This document shows, piece after piece, positions 1 through 10,368 of a stretch of DNA of 42,479 bases (within the stretch, counting starts at the first letter, position 1; the number at the start of each line of letters is the position of its first letter). Both the position numbers and the translations under genes were made by a program. The DNA lies in the NCBI GenBank assembly GCA_001029635.1, contig CP011209.1:941969-984447 (forward strand), in the 5' to 3' direction. The notes below the pieces were generated by a model. That model ran no database searches. It saw nothing but the letters and a program-made list of their open reading frames with translations, and was not told where the DNA came from. The stretch is from Candidatus Wolfebacteria bacterium GW2011_GWB1_47_1 (GTDB lineage Bacteria; Patescibacteriota; Minisyncoccia; UBA6257; UBA9933).

Positions 1-2423
1 GACATCTTTTGCCCATCCTCGGCAAGCACCAATCCTGTCGCGATGACGTTTTTAAACGCCGGCTTTCCAAACAGACCCGTCGACAACACCATTAACGTAT
101 AGAACCAACCACGTGTCTGGTCAACCGCCTCAGCAATAAATTCCGCCGGAAAGTTCTTTTCGAACTTCTTCTTACCCTCAAATGGATAATGCGCCTGTCC
201 ATACGGCATAGAGCCCGATTCAAACCAGCAGTCAAACACGTCCGGCACGCGCTTCATCGCATGCCCTTTTGTGCAAACCAAATCGACCCGATCGATATAC
301 GGTCGATGCAGGTCCAATTCATAATTTTTGTTGTGTGGGATAATGCTAAAATCAAGCTTCTTAATCTCGGCATTTAAGACAAAATCCTTATTCCCTTTTC
401 GCATTGCGACCGCTTTGGGACCATCAAATCCTTGTACGCCCGCGAAGAGTGCCCAGATGGGGTATTCGTGACTAACAATAAGGATATTCTTCCCCTTATA
501 CTTCGCATCGATGTCGTAGACGAATTCCGTCATGCGCTTCTTTACATCCGTCAAACTTTCTCCCTTCGGCGCAACCTTTGCGAACTTTTCTTCTAAAGAT
601 GCAAAATATGCGTGGTATTCGCTAATCGGCCTATTGTCAAAGATACCGCAATTGATTTCGCGCAATCGCTTATCAATGATGATCTTTGCCTCATAGCCCA
701 AGGTCTTTGCCGCAATCTCCGCCGTCTCCTGTGCGCGCGCATAATCGGACGAGAAGATCACGTCAATCTTTTTGCCCTTCAATTGCTTTGCAAATGCCTT
801 TGTCGAACGCGCAACTTGCCCCTTACCCTTCTCCGTTAGGTGATACGTATTCTTCGGATTCGAGCTCACGAGATTCAATGCATTATTCTCCGATTGTCCG
901 TGGCGCAGCGTAAAATACATATTGCCTGACTTCGGTGTATTCTGCTTGATCTCAGCAACAGAGCCAACCACCTTTAGCTCACCACATTCTTCGCATCGCC
1001 ATACCGGGATCGGAGCCCCCCAGAATCGGGTGCGTGAAACAGCCCAATCCCGCGCATCCGCCAGCCAGTTTCCAAAACGACCCGTCTTAATGTGTTCCGG
1101 GATCCAATTGACCTTCTTATTATTATCAACCAACCCGTTCTTTGTATCGCGAATCTTGGTTACCTCCACAAACCATGATGATGTCGAGTAGTTCAGTAGC
1201 GGAGTCTCACATCTCCAACAATGCGGATATGAATGGACCAGCTTCTGCTTTTTGAGCAGGTTTCCGTGATGCGCAAGCCATTTGATGACCTCTATATCGG
1301 TCGCCTTGTGGTCTTCCCGTGGTTTTACCGCCAATCCTGGGAAATCCTTTACCTCGGGTTTAAAGTGTCCGTCCATAGCCACATGCTGCACAAAAGGCAA
1401 TTTATTCCTTCGTGCCAATTCCATGTCGTCAGCTCCAAATGCCGGTGCAATATGCACGATTCCCGACCCATCCTCCATGGTCACAAAATCCCCCGCATAG
1501 ACCTTCCAGCCGTTTTCGCAATTCTCTAAATCCCCCTGCTGATAATAATCAAACAGCGGCACATACACCTTACCGACAAGATCCTTTCCCTTCACAGCTT
1601 CAATAATCTCATATTCCCCTTCAATCACATCGAGTCGGTCCTTTGCAAGGATATACCGTTCTTTTCCTACTTCGGTCTTTATTTCGATTGTGACATATTC
1701 CGCCTGTGCATTAACCGCCAGAGCAACGTTGCCCGGCAATGTCCACGGGGTTGTTGTCCATGCAATGAAATATGTATCCTTCTCACCTTCGACCGCAAAC
1801 TTCACGAATGTCGAAATATCATCAATGTCCTTATAATTTAATGCAACCTCAAAGTTTGACAATGAGGTCTCGCATCGTGGGCATACGTGCATCGACTTTC
1901 TTCCTTCGTATACCAGTCCCTTGTCGTATAACGTCTTAAATACCCACATTACCGATTCAGTAAAGCTGGCATCCATCGTCTTATAATCCTTATCCATCTC
2001 CACCCATCGTCCAATGCGCGGAATGATATTCTTCCAATCGTGTGCATACGACATCACACTTCCTCGCGCAGCTTCGTTGAAGGTCTCCACTCCAAGATTC
2101 TCAATATCCTTCTTCGTTTCAAGTCCTAGCTCCTTTTCGATCAAATTCTCCACGGGTAATCCATGACAATCCCAACCCCAGCGACGCTGAACTCGCTTGC
2201 CATTCATTGTCTGATATCGCGGGACAATATCCTTAATAACGCTCTGCAAAATATGCCCATAGTGAGGCAATCCGGTTGCGAACGGGGGGCCGTCATAGAA
2301 GACGTAATCCCCTTTCGGCGCAGCCTTTTTAAGCGACCGTTCAAATGTCTTATCTTGTCTCCAAAACTCCAAAACCTCCGATTCCACCTCACTCGGAGTG
2401 AACTTTTTTCTTCCTTTTAGCAT
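1..2423 (-). CDS. ileS: Isoleucyl-tRNA synthetase. The C-terminus runs off the left edge. It contains an in-frame histidine-phosphatase domain insertion.
   Basis: Not in the ORF track because there is no stop in the window. My translation from ATG 2423 gives MLKGRKKFTPSEVE..FYDGPPFATGLPHYGHIL (HIGH-type motif), GWDCHGLPVEN, WTTTPWTLPGN, DWAVSRTRFWGAPIPVWRCEECG, DLHRPYID and DQTRGWFYTL. It reaches ..EDGQKMS (the start of KMSKS) at position 1 with no stop. Confidence 0.9.
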   Translation of the reverse strand, partial: MLKGRKKFTPSEVESEVLEFWRQDKTFERSLKKAAPKGDYVFYDGPPFATGLPHYGHILQSVIKDIVPRYQTMNGKRVQRRWGWDCHGLPVENLIEKELGLETKKDIENLGVETFNEAARGSVMSYAHDWKNIIPRIGRWVEMDKDYKTMDASFTESVMWVFKTLYDKGLVYEGRKSMHVCPRCETSLSNFEVALNYKDIDDISTFVKFAVEGEKDTYFIAWTTTPWTLPGNVALAVNAQAEYVTIEIKTEVGKERYILAKDRLDVIEGEYEIIEAVKGKDLVGKVYVPLFDYYQQGDLENCENGWKVYAGDFVTMEDGSGIVHIAPAFGADDMELARRNKLPFVQHVAMDGHFKPEVKDFPGLAVKPREDHKATDIEVIKWLAHHGNLLKKQKLVHSYPHCWRCETPLLNYSTSSWFVEVTKIRDTKNGLVDNNKKVNWIPEHIKTGRFGNWLADARDWAVSRTRFWGAPIPVWRCEECGELKVVGSVAEIKQNTPKSGNMYFTLRHGQSENNALNLVSSNPKNTYHLTEKGKGQVARSTKAFAKQLKGKKIDVIFSSDYARAQETAEIAAKTLGYEAKIIIDKRLREINCGIFDNRPISEYHAYFASLEEKFAKVAPKGESLTDVKKRMTEFVYDIDAKYKGKNILIVSHEYPIWALFAGVQGFDGPKAVAMRKGNKDFVLNAEIKKLDFSIIPHNKNYELDLHRPYIDRVDLVCTKGHAMKRVPDVFDCWFESGSMPYGQAHYPFEGKKKFEKNFPAEFIAEAVDQTRGWFYTLMVLSTGLFGKPAFKNVIATGLVLAEDGQKM

Positions 2424-2477
2424 GTCTATACCATACCAAAAACCCCATCCCTGAGCAAGGAATAGGGGTTTTGGTTA

Positions 2478-2897
2478 TTATTTTTCAACCCTCATCAGAT
2501 ACACCGCCAAGGCCATATTGATCACGCCGATCGTATCCGAGACAACACAATAGAAGCACCAAGCTCCGATCACGAATGCCTGCAAGGCAAATAGGTAAAG
2601 CGAGAATAGCCCCCCGAATATCGCCACATACGTCATCTGTTGGAATCCTCTCTTCGTCCTATGCTGTAGATAGTATGTGATCAATACGATCGTTGCCGCG
2701 TAGAACAACGCTCCCAAGAGCGACAACGGGATACCAAACAAAATACTGTATTTTGATTGGGCTACCGCATCACAACCGCTGAACGCATAACAGGTTATCG
2801 GGCTCCCGACTATCGTCTTGATCGACAAATAAACCGCATCAATGAAGCCTGCAATACTTAGAGCGAGCATTATCCAAATGATGATATTCTTTTTCAT
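2478..2897 (-). CDS. Vitamin K epoxide reductase (VKOR)-family membrane protein, the DsbB functional analogue
   Basis: 139 aa with about 4 TM helices. It has a loop cysteine pair (CYAFSGC) and a CxxC in the last helix (WCFYCVV). It lies adjacent to a DsbA-like gene. Confidence 0.7.
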   Translation of the reverse strand: MKKNIIIWIMLALSIAGFIDAVYLSIKTIVGSPITCYAFSGCDAVAQSKYSILFGIPLSLLGALFYAATIVLITYYLQHRTKRGFQQMTYVAIFGGLFSLYLFALQAFVIGAWCFYCVVSDTIGVINMALAVYLMRVEK

Positions 2898-2910
2898 CTT
2901 AGTTTAGTGT

Positions 2911-2977
2911 GTCATTCAGAATTTATTTCGGAATCTTACTGTTAAGGCATGAGATCCTGAAATAAATTCAGGATGAC
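2911..2977. repeat. Two inverted copies of the GTCATYC-hairpin-GRATC repeat (2911-2935 and 2953-2977)
   Basis: gtcattcagaatttatttcggaatc lies opposite gatcctgaaataaattcaggatgac. Each arm is itself a small hairpin, and the two arms are mutually complementary. Confidence 0.7.
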
Positions 2978-3006
2978 AATACAAAAAGAATAAGGGGGTT
3001 AAAAAC

Positions 3007-3660
3007 TTATTTATTCAATTCCGCATCAACCAGCTGCTGCAATTCTTCATACGATCTAAATTGGACGACCCTTCCATTCAAATAGAACGTTGGAGTTCCC
3101 TGGATCTGCTGCTTCGTTCCCTCGGCAATATCTGAATCAATTCGCTCATCTAATTCCGGCAGCTGCGCATCCCCTACAAATTTACCAACGTCCAAGCCAA
3201 TAAGCGTTGCGTATCCAGTCAAAAACTGTCGCGCGTCGTCACTCTTTGACCATTCTTCCTGCCGCTCGAACAGCATATCGTGCATCTCCCAGAATCTCCC
3301 TTGCCTTCCCGCCGCCTCTGCGGCGATCGCTGCAGTGCGCGCATGCTGATGACTCTGTAATGGGAAGTGACGGAATATGAACTGCACTTGATCGCCGCGC
3401 TCCCTTTCTAACTGCTTTGTCATATTGTAATAATATTGACATGCGGGACATTGAAAATCGCTGTATTCAACAATCGTCACTTTTGCGGATTCACTTCCCT
3501 TCCGCTGTTCATCCATAGCAACTGGAGTTGCCAATGTTTCAGTATTAGCATTATCCGTCTGTGCCGGCGTCACAACCGCCGCATACATGCCCAATACAAT
3601 CGCCGTAAGACCTATGGCGATCAATACCCATATCATAATTTCTTGTCCTTTCTTGTTCAT
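3007..3660 (-). CDS. Membrane-anchored DsbA-like thioredoxin-fold thiol:disulfide oxidoreductase
   Basis: N-terminal TM anchor, a CPAC active site (FQCPACQ) and a DsbA-like C-terminal region (GTPTFYLNG). Confidence 0.8.
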   Translation of the reverse strand: MNKKGQEIMIWVLIAIGLTAIVLGMYAAVVTPAQTDNANTETLATPVAMDEQRKGSESAKVTIVEYSDFQCPACQYYYNMTKQLERERGDQVQFIFRHFPLQSHQHARTAAIAAEAAGRQGRFWEMHDMLFERQEEWSKSDDARQFLTGYATLIGLDVGKFVGDAQLPELDERIDSDIAEGTKQQIQGTPTFYLNGRVVQFRSYEELQQLVDAELNK

Positions 3661-3781
3661 AATGGGAGTATATCAAGGATTTCGGAAAATGAAAAACGGA
3701 ATAGGGGGTAAAAAATGACACGCGCATGCGTGCCATTTTTATCTAACCCTTTTCCTTATTCCCTATTCCTTTTTGCGCGCA

Positions 3782-6403
3782 TTAGCTACACAGTCCCCAT
3801 CCACAGTTTGGACATTTTCTGCATCCCTCCTGTCGGATCAACTTTGTTGAACATTTCGGACAATGTGTAAGGTCTTTGATCTGCCCTGCGAACTCCTCAG
3901 CATTGAGCGCAGACGGTACCGGAGACAAACCAAGCTCCATTCCATTTGTCCCAACTCCCGCCTTGTGGTAGATTGTCATTCCTTTAGCTTTCTCATCTTT
4001 GATGACGGCCATTTCGCTTTCCTTCTTTTTTTCTCGATCCTCCTTATCCTTTTCTCGTTCTTTGTCGGTCTTCTTCAATCCCGCATTCAATACCTGCGTG
4101 GTCAATGACTTGTCACGATATACGGTAACGCCTTTGCATCCCAGCTCATGCGCCAACATATATATCTCCTTAATGTCTTCGACTGTCGCGCTTGCCGGTA
4201 AATTGTTCGTCTTGGAGATCGAAGAGTCAACCCAGCGCTGCAATATGCCCAACACCTTTACGTGATCCTTTGGTGCGATATCCATGGAAGTTGTGAAGAC
4301 CTTTTTTAGCTTCGGCGGAATATAGGCTATGTTCTGCACGCTTCCTCCTGCTGCCGCGACGTCCTTTAGCAATGCATCGTCCATCAGCCCCTCACGCTGC
4401 ATGCGCTCCTCAAACACCGGGTCAACATAGAAGAAGCTTCCAATCGCCACGTTCTTCTCGAACACAAGACTAAACACCGGCTCAATACCCGAAGAGCACC
4501 CTGCAATCATCGAGATAGATCCGGTCGGAGCAAGCACCGTCGTGAATCCATTGCGGATTCCATGCTTTTCCATCTTCTCTACGAGTCCCTTCCAATCTTG
4601 CTTCCACGATGCCTTGTCTTTGAACGCGGCAAATGGCATCTTACCCTCCTTGTAGGTCGATTGGTCGAACATCGGCATGCGTCCGCGCTCCTTTGACAGA
4701 TCTATAGATGCGAGCTTGCTGTAGTAGTTGACGAATTCCATCAACTCTTCCATGAATGCAAATCCCTCCTTGGAATCGTATGCGATCTCCAACTCGTAAA
4801 GCAGATCACCAAGACCCATAATACCAAGCCCGATCTTGCGGGTTGAAAGCGTCATCGCCTCAATCTCCGGCATCGGATACTTATTTACGTCAATGACGTT
4901 GTCCAAGAGGCGCATCACAGTCTGTGTATCGGCTGCGAGCCGCTCCCAATTGAATACTGGCTTCTTTCCGCCATTCTTTTCGGCATAGCTCCAAACGTTG
5001 ATCGATCCGAGGTTGCAGCTTTCAAACGGATAGAGAAGCACCTCCCCACATGGGTTCGTTGTTTCAATCGGCCCCATGGTCTTCACAAACGGATTAAACT
5101 CGTTAATCTTGTCGAAGAATAGAACTCCCGGCTCTGCAGATTCCCATGCCTGATAAGCAACCATATCGAATAACTGCTCCGGATCAATCTCTTTTACCAC
5201 CTTTCCGTTACGCGGATTTATGAGCTGATACGGTTTCTTTTCCTTGAGCGCCTTCCAGAATTCCGGCTTCAGCATGATGGAGATATTGAAGTTGCGCAAT
5301 GCTTTGTTCCCCTCCTTTGCCTTGATGAACTTTTCAATATCTGGATGATCACTATTCACGATGCCCATATTCGCTCCGCGCCGAATACCGCCCTGTTTGA
5401 TGACATCGGTCATATTATCGAACATCGACATGAAGCTGATCGGTCCTGATGCAGTTCCTCCGGTTGTCTTCACGAAGTCACCCTCCGATCGCAGATGCGA
5501 GAAGTTGTATCCAACCCCTCCTCCCGATTTAAAGATTACCGCCGCCGACTTCAAGGTATCCATAATGTCGTCGATGGAATCATTTACACCCAGTACGAAG
5601 CATGCGCTTCCCATGCCGAGATGGTTTCCGAAGTTTGCAATCGCAGGCGTGTTCGGCAAGAACTTCCTCCCGATCATCAGATTATAATATCCGGTCAGCT
5701 CCTCCTCGTATTTGTCGAAATATCCCTTCTTAAACAGGTCTACCAATTCTCCCCACGATACTTTAATCTGTCGCGACTCGGCGAATCGCTTATATAGGCG
5801 GTGCAATGCCTCAATATGAAATTCGTTCAACTTGTACCCACCAATCGTAAGCTTGTCCGCGAACTTTTTGTAATCAATATCTTCTACTCGATGCTCAGTT
5901 CCCCCTGGGCGCTTCTGATACACCTTTGCGTCATAAAACAGCGAAGCAATCGTGATATGCGTCGCAACGCGTCGAAACAGTTCCTTTGGCGATTCGATAA
6001 CCTCTCCTTCTTCGCTCTTTACCAGATATCGACTTGCCAACACCCGCAATGCATTCAGGTCAAATTTCTTATCAACCTCATCGATCTCCTCCTTGTTCAA
6101 TATTTGCTCCTTCTGATGACGAATGTCCGCGCGGTGCATTCGATACAGGATATATGACTTTGCCATCTTGGCATGTCCCGTATCAATCAGCACCTGCTCA
6201 ACCATATCCTGAATCTCTTCAACCTCAGGTACCGAACCCTTCTTCGTCTCCGAGACCCTGTCGATTACCTCCTTTGCCAGCTGTTCCGCAAGGTCCCAAT
6301 TCTCCTCACCGACGGCAACCGATGCCTTATAGATCGCCTTGACAATCTTTTCACCATTGAACGGCACTATTTGTCCGTTTCTCTTCAGTACTGTCTTGAA
6401 CAT
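3782..6403 (-). CDS. nrdJ: Class II (adenosylcobalamin-dependent) ribonucleotide reductase with an N-terminal ATP-cone and a C-terminal Zn ribbon
   Basis: 873 aa. ATP-cone start (VLKRNGQIVPFNGEKI), RNR core motifs (NPCGE, TVLAPTGSIS, GCSSGIEP) and a C-terminal CPKC...CPNC. Confidence 0.85.
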   Translation of the reverse strand: MFKTVLKRNGQIVPFNGEKIVKAIYKASVAVGEENWDLAEQLAKEVIDRVSETKKGSVPEVEEIQDMVEQVLIDTGHAKMAKSYILYRMHRADIRHQKEQILNKEEIDEVDKKFDLNALRVLASRYLVKSEEGEVIESPKELFRRVATHITIASLFYDAKVYQKRPGGTEHRVEDIDYKKFADKLTIGGYKLNEFHIEALHRLYKRFAESRQIKVSWGELVDLFKKGYFDKYEEELTGYYNLMIGRKFLPNTPAIANFGNHLGMGSACFVLGVNDSIDDIMDTLKSAAVIFKSGGGVGYNFSHLRSEGDFVKTTGGTASGPISFMSMFDNMTDVIKQGGIRRGANMGIVNSDHPDIEKFIKAKEGNKALRNFNISIMLKPEFWKALKEKKPYQLINPRNGKVVKEIDPEQLFDMVAYQAWESAEPGVLFFDKINEFNPFVKTMGPIETTNPCGEVLLYPFESCNLGSINVWSYAEKNGGKKPVFNWERLAADTQTVMRLLDNVIDVNKYPMPEIEAMTLSTRKIGLGIMGLGDLLYELEIAYDSKEGFAFMEELMEFVNYYSKLASIDLSKERGRMPMFDQSTYKEGKMPFAAFKDKASWKQDWKGLVEKMEKHGIRNGFTTVLAPTGSISMIAGCSSGIEPVFSLVFEKNVAIGSFFYVDPVFEERMQREGLMDDALLKDVAAAGGSVQNIAYIPPKLKKVFTTSMDIAPKDHVKVLGILQRWVDSSISKTNNLPASATVEDIKEIYMLAHELGCKGVTVYRDKSLTTQVLNAGLKKTDKEREKDKEDREKKKESEMAVIKDEKAKGMTIYHKAGVGTNGMELGLSPVPSALNAEEFAGQIKDLTHCPKCSTKLIRQEGCRKCPNCGWGLCS

Positions 6404-6513
6404 TGAGTGAGCGGACGATAGCTTTCCGCGTGAATTCTCCGTCTGATAACCGTGGATTCAGAACAATTCGCTATCGCCGTATTGATTAATAATACTCCTC
6501 CCAACCTTTCTGT

Positions 6514-7863
6514 TTATTTCTTTTTCCTTCGGAGAAATGCTGGAATATCCCATTCTCTTTCCTTTTCTTCTACGACCTCCTCTTCTTCGTCTTCGTTAAA
6601 CTCTTCCGGTACCTGTCGGATTGGCTCGCGCTCCTCCCGAACACTTGAATCAACCAGCCCGCCAAACGGCAGACTACTACTGCTTCGCATTGGGAGATCT
6701 TCGCTTCCTGCAAAGTACGGTTGATATCGTCCCTCTCGGGCCAATGTATCCGTAAATCCCGTCGCGATGAGTGTTATCCTTAGCTGACCCTTATTTAACT
6801 TGCGATCATAATATGTTCCAAATATGATCTTTGCTGATGGGTCTGCACTTTCCGCTACCGCACTGGCGATCTCGTTTATTTCATGCATCTTCAGGTCGTT
6901 GCGTCCCGAAATACATAGGAGGATTCCTTTTGCCCCCTCGACTGATGTTTCCAACAACGGCGAATTGATAGCCGAACTGGCCGCCTTCCCCGCGCGACCG
7001 TTCCCTGACGCAACTCCCAACCCCACCATGGCCGATCCCGAATCCCGGATGATCGCCTTCACATCAGCGAAATCGATGTTGATTATTCCCGGAGTAAGGA
7101 TGAGTTCTGTCACTCCGCGCACCGAATCACGCAATATTTTATCAACCTCTTCAAATGTTTTTGCCACCGTCGTCTCCTTGCTGATGACCGAGAATACGCG
7201 ATCGTTCGGAATCGTTATTAATGTATCAACGCGATCCCGCATGCGAATAATCCCCTCCTCGGCAATCCGCGCCCGCTGCGCACCCTCAAAAGCAAACGGC
7301 TTTGTTACGATACCAACCGTCAAGATACCAAGGTCCTTCGCAATCTCCGCAACCACCGGAGCTGCTCCCGTACCGGTACCGCCGCCCATGCCTGCCGTTA
7401 CAAAGATCATATCCGCATCCTTGATCGCCTCCATAATCTCATTGCGACTTTCTTCGGCGGCCTGTTTGCCAAGATCAGGGTTCATGCCCGTACCCATTCC
7501 TTTAGTAAGATTCTTTCCAATATAGATCCGCTTGCGTGCATTGGTCTGCTGCAGGTCCTGCAAATCGGTATTGATCGCGATCAGATCGACTCCGCGCGGG
7601 AAATCTTCATACATGCGATCGATCGCATTACTGCCTCCTCCTCCGACACCTACTACCTTAATCCGCACGATCACATTATCCTCCTTTGTCTTCGGCTGGC
7701 TAATCCCCTTATTTTTTTCCTTCTTTGCGGCCGCCGGCCGCTTCACTACCACCCCCTTCGCCGGAACGGTAGCCGTCTTCGCTTTTGTTGTTTTTTTTGC
7801 CTTCATAGCGCTCCGCGCATGATTCGCAACATATGGTGTGAGCCGGAAACAATTATTATCCAT
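6514..7863 (-). CDS. ftsZ: Cell division GTPase FtsZ. It has a long basic N-terminal extension, and the start is uncertain (7863 or 7806).
   Basis: GVGGGGSNAI, the GGGTGTGAAPVVA tubulin signature and a C-terminal DIPAFLRRK peptide. Confidence 0.95.
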   Translation of the reverse strand: MDNNCFRLTPYVANHARSAMKAKKTTKAKTATVPAKGVVVKRPAAAKKEKNKGISQPKTKEDNVIVRIKVVGVGGGGSNAIDRMYEDFPRGVDLIAINTDLQDLQQTNARKRIYIGKNLTKGMGTGMNPDLGKQAAEESRNEIMEAIKDADMIFVTAGMGGGTGTGAAPVVAEIAKDLGILTVGIVTKPFAFEGAQRARIAEEGIIRMRDRVDTLITIPNDRVFSVISKETTVAKTFEEVDKILRDSVRGVTELILTPGIINIDFADVKAIIRDSGSAMVGLGVASGNGRAGKAASSAINSPLLETSVEGAKGILLCISGRNDLKMHEINEIASAVAESADPSAKIIFGTYYDRKLNKGQLRITLIATGFTDTLAREGRYQPYFAGSEDLPMRSSSSLPFGGLVDSSVREEREPIRQVPEEFNEDEEEEVVEEKEREWDIPAFLRRKKK

Positions 7864-7907
7864 TACTTCCGATCCGTACCATATCTCGCTCCATCATTAC
7901 CCGTTTA

Positions 7908-9137
7908 TTATGGTTTAATATGTTTCACTATCTTTTTGATCGCCCCCCATATTCCTGGCCCCTTTGGACCGTCTTGCCCTCCCAACTGGCTGCTCCCCTC
8001 GACCAGCAACCCCGATGCTACAATAAATTGCACGTCTTCCAATTTCTCTATCATATCTTGACTAGCCACATCAAATATTCCAACCTCGCAATTTGCCATA
8101 TGTACCGGCAAATTCAGCTCTTGCCGAGCCAGGTCGACGATACCCGAAGTCTTCGCTCCGCCTCCACACAAAATCACCCCTGCCGGCAGGTGGGTCTTTT
8201 TGACCGCTTTTAATTCATTCCATACCAATTCGAATATTTCAGACAATCGCGACTCAATCACTTCCGCAACTTCCCTGCGTGTTATCGCTCCCTTTAATTT
8301 TGGGTCAATGTCGCTCAAATTTATCTTGTCCCTTGTCGACATCTCCTTCGCCAATGCATGCCCAAACGATATCTTTACTTTTTCAGCGATCGCTATCGAT
8401 GACTTCAGCTTCACCGCGAGGTCGTTCGTAATATGCGCGGCCCCGATCGGGAATACCTTAATGCTTGCCAGCTTGTTCTCTTCGAATACTGACATACTTG
8501 TCGTGCCGGCACCAATGTCGATCAGCACCACTCCCAGATCCTTATGTGCCTTCGTTAAAGCCGCGTGCGATGCCGCAAGCGGACCAAAAACAATATTTTC
8601 TTCCTCAACCCGCCCCCCCGCACGCTCGATCGCCTGCGTCAGGTTGTTCAATACTTCCGTGAAGGCACTTACGATCATACTATACACTTCCAATCGCGTA
8701 CCGCTCATGCCGAGCGGATTTTGTATCTGGTCTATTCCATCTACGATATACTCCTGTACTAGTGTGTGGATCTTGCGCAGATTCTTATCTGTCTTGATTG
8801 CCTCTGCCCCCGCTATCGCGCGATCAATATCCTCTTGGCTTATCTCATTCGTTCCCCGAGATACCGCGGCAATTCCACGGGATCCGTTTACGACAACACG
8901 CTTTCCATTGATGTTCACAAATACATTATCCAGAACGGTTTTGTCGATTCCCGCAATTTCATCAAATGCAATTGCAAGTGCCGCTGCTGCTGCGTCGACA
9001 TCCGTCACCTCTCCTTTATTCACCCCTCCCGACGGCATGCGTACGGCCTCAATGATCGATAATTTACCGTCTTTGCCGACTTCCGCAACCAACAATTTTA
9101 TTTCAGCCGTTCCAAGATCCAGTGCAGTGATAAACAT
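7908..9137 (-). CDS. ftsA: Cell division protein FtsA (actin-like ATPase)
   Basis: 409 aa with LDLGTAEIK, IDIGAGTT and the usual ftsA-ftsZ order. Confidence 0.9.
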   Translation of the reverse strand: MFITALDLGTAEIKLLVAEVGKDGKLSIIEAVRMPSGGVNKGEVTDVDAAAAALAIAFDEIAGIDKTVLDNVFVNINGKRVVVNGSRGIAAVSRGTNEISQEDIDRAIAGAEAIKTDKNLRKIHTLVQEYIVDGIDQIQNPLGMSGTRLEVYSMIVSAFTEVLNNLTQAIERAGGRVEEENIVFGPLAASHAALTKAHKDLGVVLIDIGAGTTSMSVFEENKLASIKVFPIGAAHITNDLAVKLKSSIAIAEKVKISFGHALAKEMSTRDKINLSDIDPKLKGAITRREVAEVIESRLSEIFELVWNELKAVKKTHLPAGVILCGGGAKTSGIVDLARQELNLPVHMANCEVGIFDVASQDMIEKLEDVQFIVASGLLVEGSSQLGGQDGPKGPGIWGAIKKIVKHIKP

Positions 9138-9188
9138 GAGGGATAAAATTTCTAATGCTTAATTTCTAATTTCTAAAATACTACCAGT

Positions 9189-9641
9189 TTATTTATTCAG
9201 CAATTTTATTATTGCAATTTCTTTGCGTTCCATCTTTGTCGCGTCGCCGTCTTCAATGTGATCGTATCCGAATAAGTGCAATACGCCATGGACAAGCAGG
9301 AAGCGGATGTCTAAAAACTCTTCTGCCTTCTTCTTGCTTCGCTTGATCCACCAGTCGCTCGACATATCCGGGTTCAAATATATCTCCCCCTTGCGTTTAG
9401 CCGTTCCTGCCGGATATACAAACTGCTTAGGCTCCTCAAAGCTCAGCACATTTGTCGATGCATCCTTCTCGCGATACCTCTTGTTCAATGATCGCATCTT
9501 TCTGTTTCCAAGTAGCAACACATCAATCGCATATCCTTCTTTTTTAAGCACCGCAAGAATCTCCAGTACCTGCTTGCGTACCGGATTTTTCAGGGTCTCA
9601 AATTTCTTATCGATGACATGCACCGTTATCTCGTTAGTCAT
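9189..9641 (-). CDS. ybeY: rRNA maturation endoribonuclease YbeY
   Basis: 150 aa with the HGVLHLFGYDH metal-binding motif. Confidence 0.9.
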   Translation of the reverse strand: MTNEITVHVIDKKFETLKNPVRKQVLEILAVLKKEGYAIDVLLLGNRKMRSLNKRYREKDASTNVLSFEEPKQFVYPAGTAKRKGEIYLNPDMSSDWWIKRSKKKAEEFLDIRFLLVHGVLHLFGYDHIEDGDATKMERKEIAIIKLLNK

Positions 9642-9743
9642 AATACCATAATACTGTGATGCGTTACCCTGATTTTATCAAATGCCCTTTTAAAAAACAA
9701 ATGCGCCCATTTCGGCGCATTTGACAGTTTGAGCGTTTCCTGC

Positions 9744-10313
9744 TCAGAAAAAGAAGATTAATATGAAGATTAACGCCATCAGCAACATCGGACCATTCTT
9801 TTCCAAAAACAGCTCCACCTTATACCATTTTTTCGGCAAGATCATAAACAGCACCTTCGAACCATCCAGTGGTGGAAGCGGGACTAGATTAATAATACCA
9901 AGCCACATGTTCACATAAATGATGATCGACAAAAACGTCGGCAAGTTCGGCACCACTGCCCCGATAGCGGGCATTCCGATCATGATGACGTAAAATATCG
10001 CTGCAACCGCAAAGTTACTCATCGGACCGGACAACGCGATCAGCCCTCCATCGCGCTTTGGATTCCTCAGAAACACGGGGTTGAACGGCACCGGCTTCGC
10101 CCACCCGAACAAGATTGGGCTGCTCATGATATACAAAATAAGCGGCAACAAAATAGACCCCACCGGATCAATATGCCTTATCGGATTCAGCGTCAAACGC
10201 CCCGCGTCCTTTGCGGTCGGGTCTCCCAACTTATACGCCATTGCACCATGCGCCACCTCATGGATGATCGCGGCGAACAAAAAAACAAACAAGTAGAAAA
10301 ATGGAATAATCAT
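9744..10313 (-). CDS. Peptidase M50 / site-2 protease family membrane metalloprotease
   Basis: 189 aa, polytopic, with a HEVAHG zinc motif near the N-terminus. It ends in TGA. Confidence 0.75.
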   Translation of the reverse strand: MIIPFFYLFVFLFAAIIHEVAHGAMAYKLGDPTAKDAGRLTLNPIRHIDPVGSILLPLILYIMSSPILFGWAKPVPFNPVFLRNPKRDGGLIALSGPMSNFAVAAIFYVIMIGMPAIGAVVPNLPTFLSIIIYVNMWLGIINLVPLPPLDGSKVLFMILPKKWYKVELFLEKNGPMLLMALIFILIFFF

Positions 10314-10368
10314 GTCTTTATATCAGTATACGAGGGAACAGGATACGGGGCAAGGATGCGAGGAAATT

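Noticed and set aside
8200-9162. 320-aa ORF antisense to ftsA. Similar long antisense ORFs lie at 6824-7525 (opposite ftsZ), 14985-15473 (opposite ftsK), 22392-22943 (opposite pilM) and 28430-28933 (opposite pilB).
   Set aside because: In each case the opposite strand encodes a protein with unmistakable family motifs. The antisense translations are low-complexity (S/P/A/R-rich) and have no recognisable motifs.
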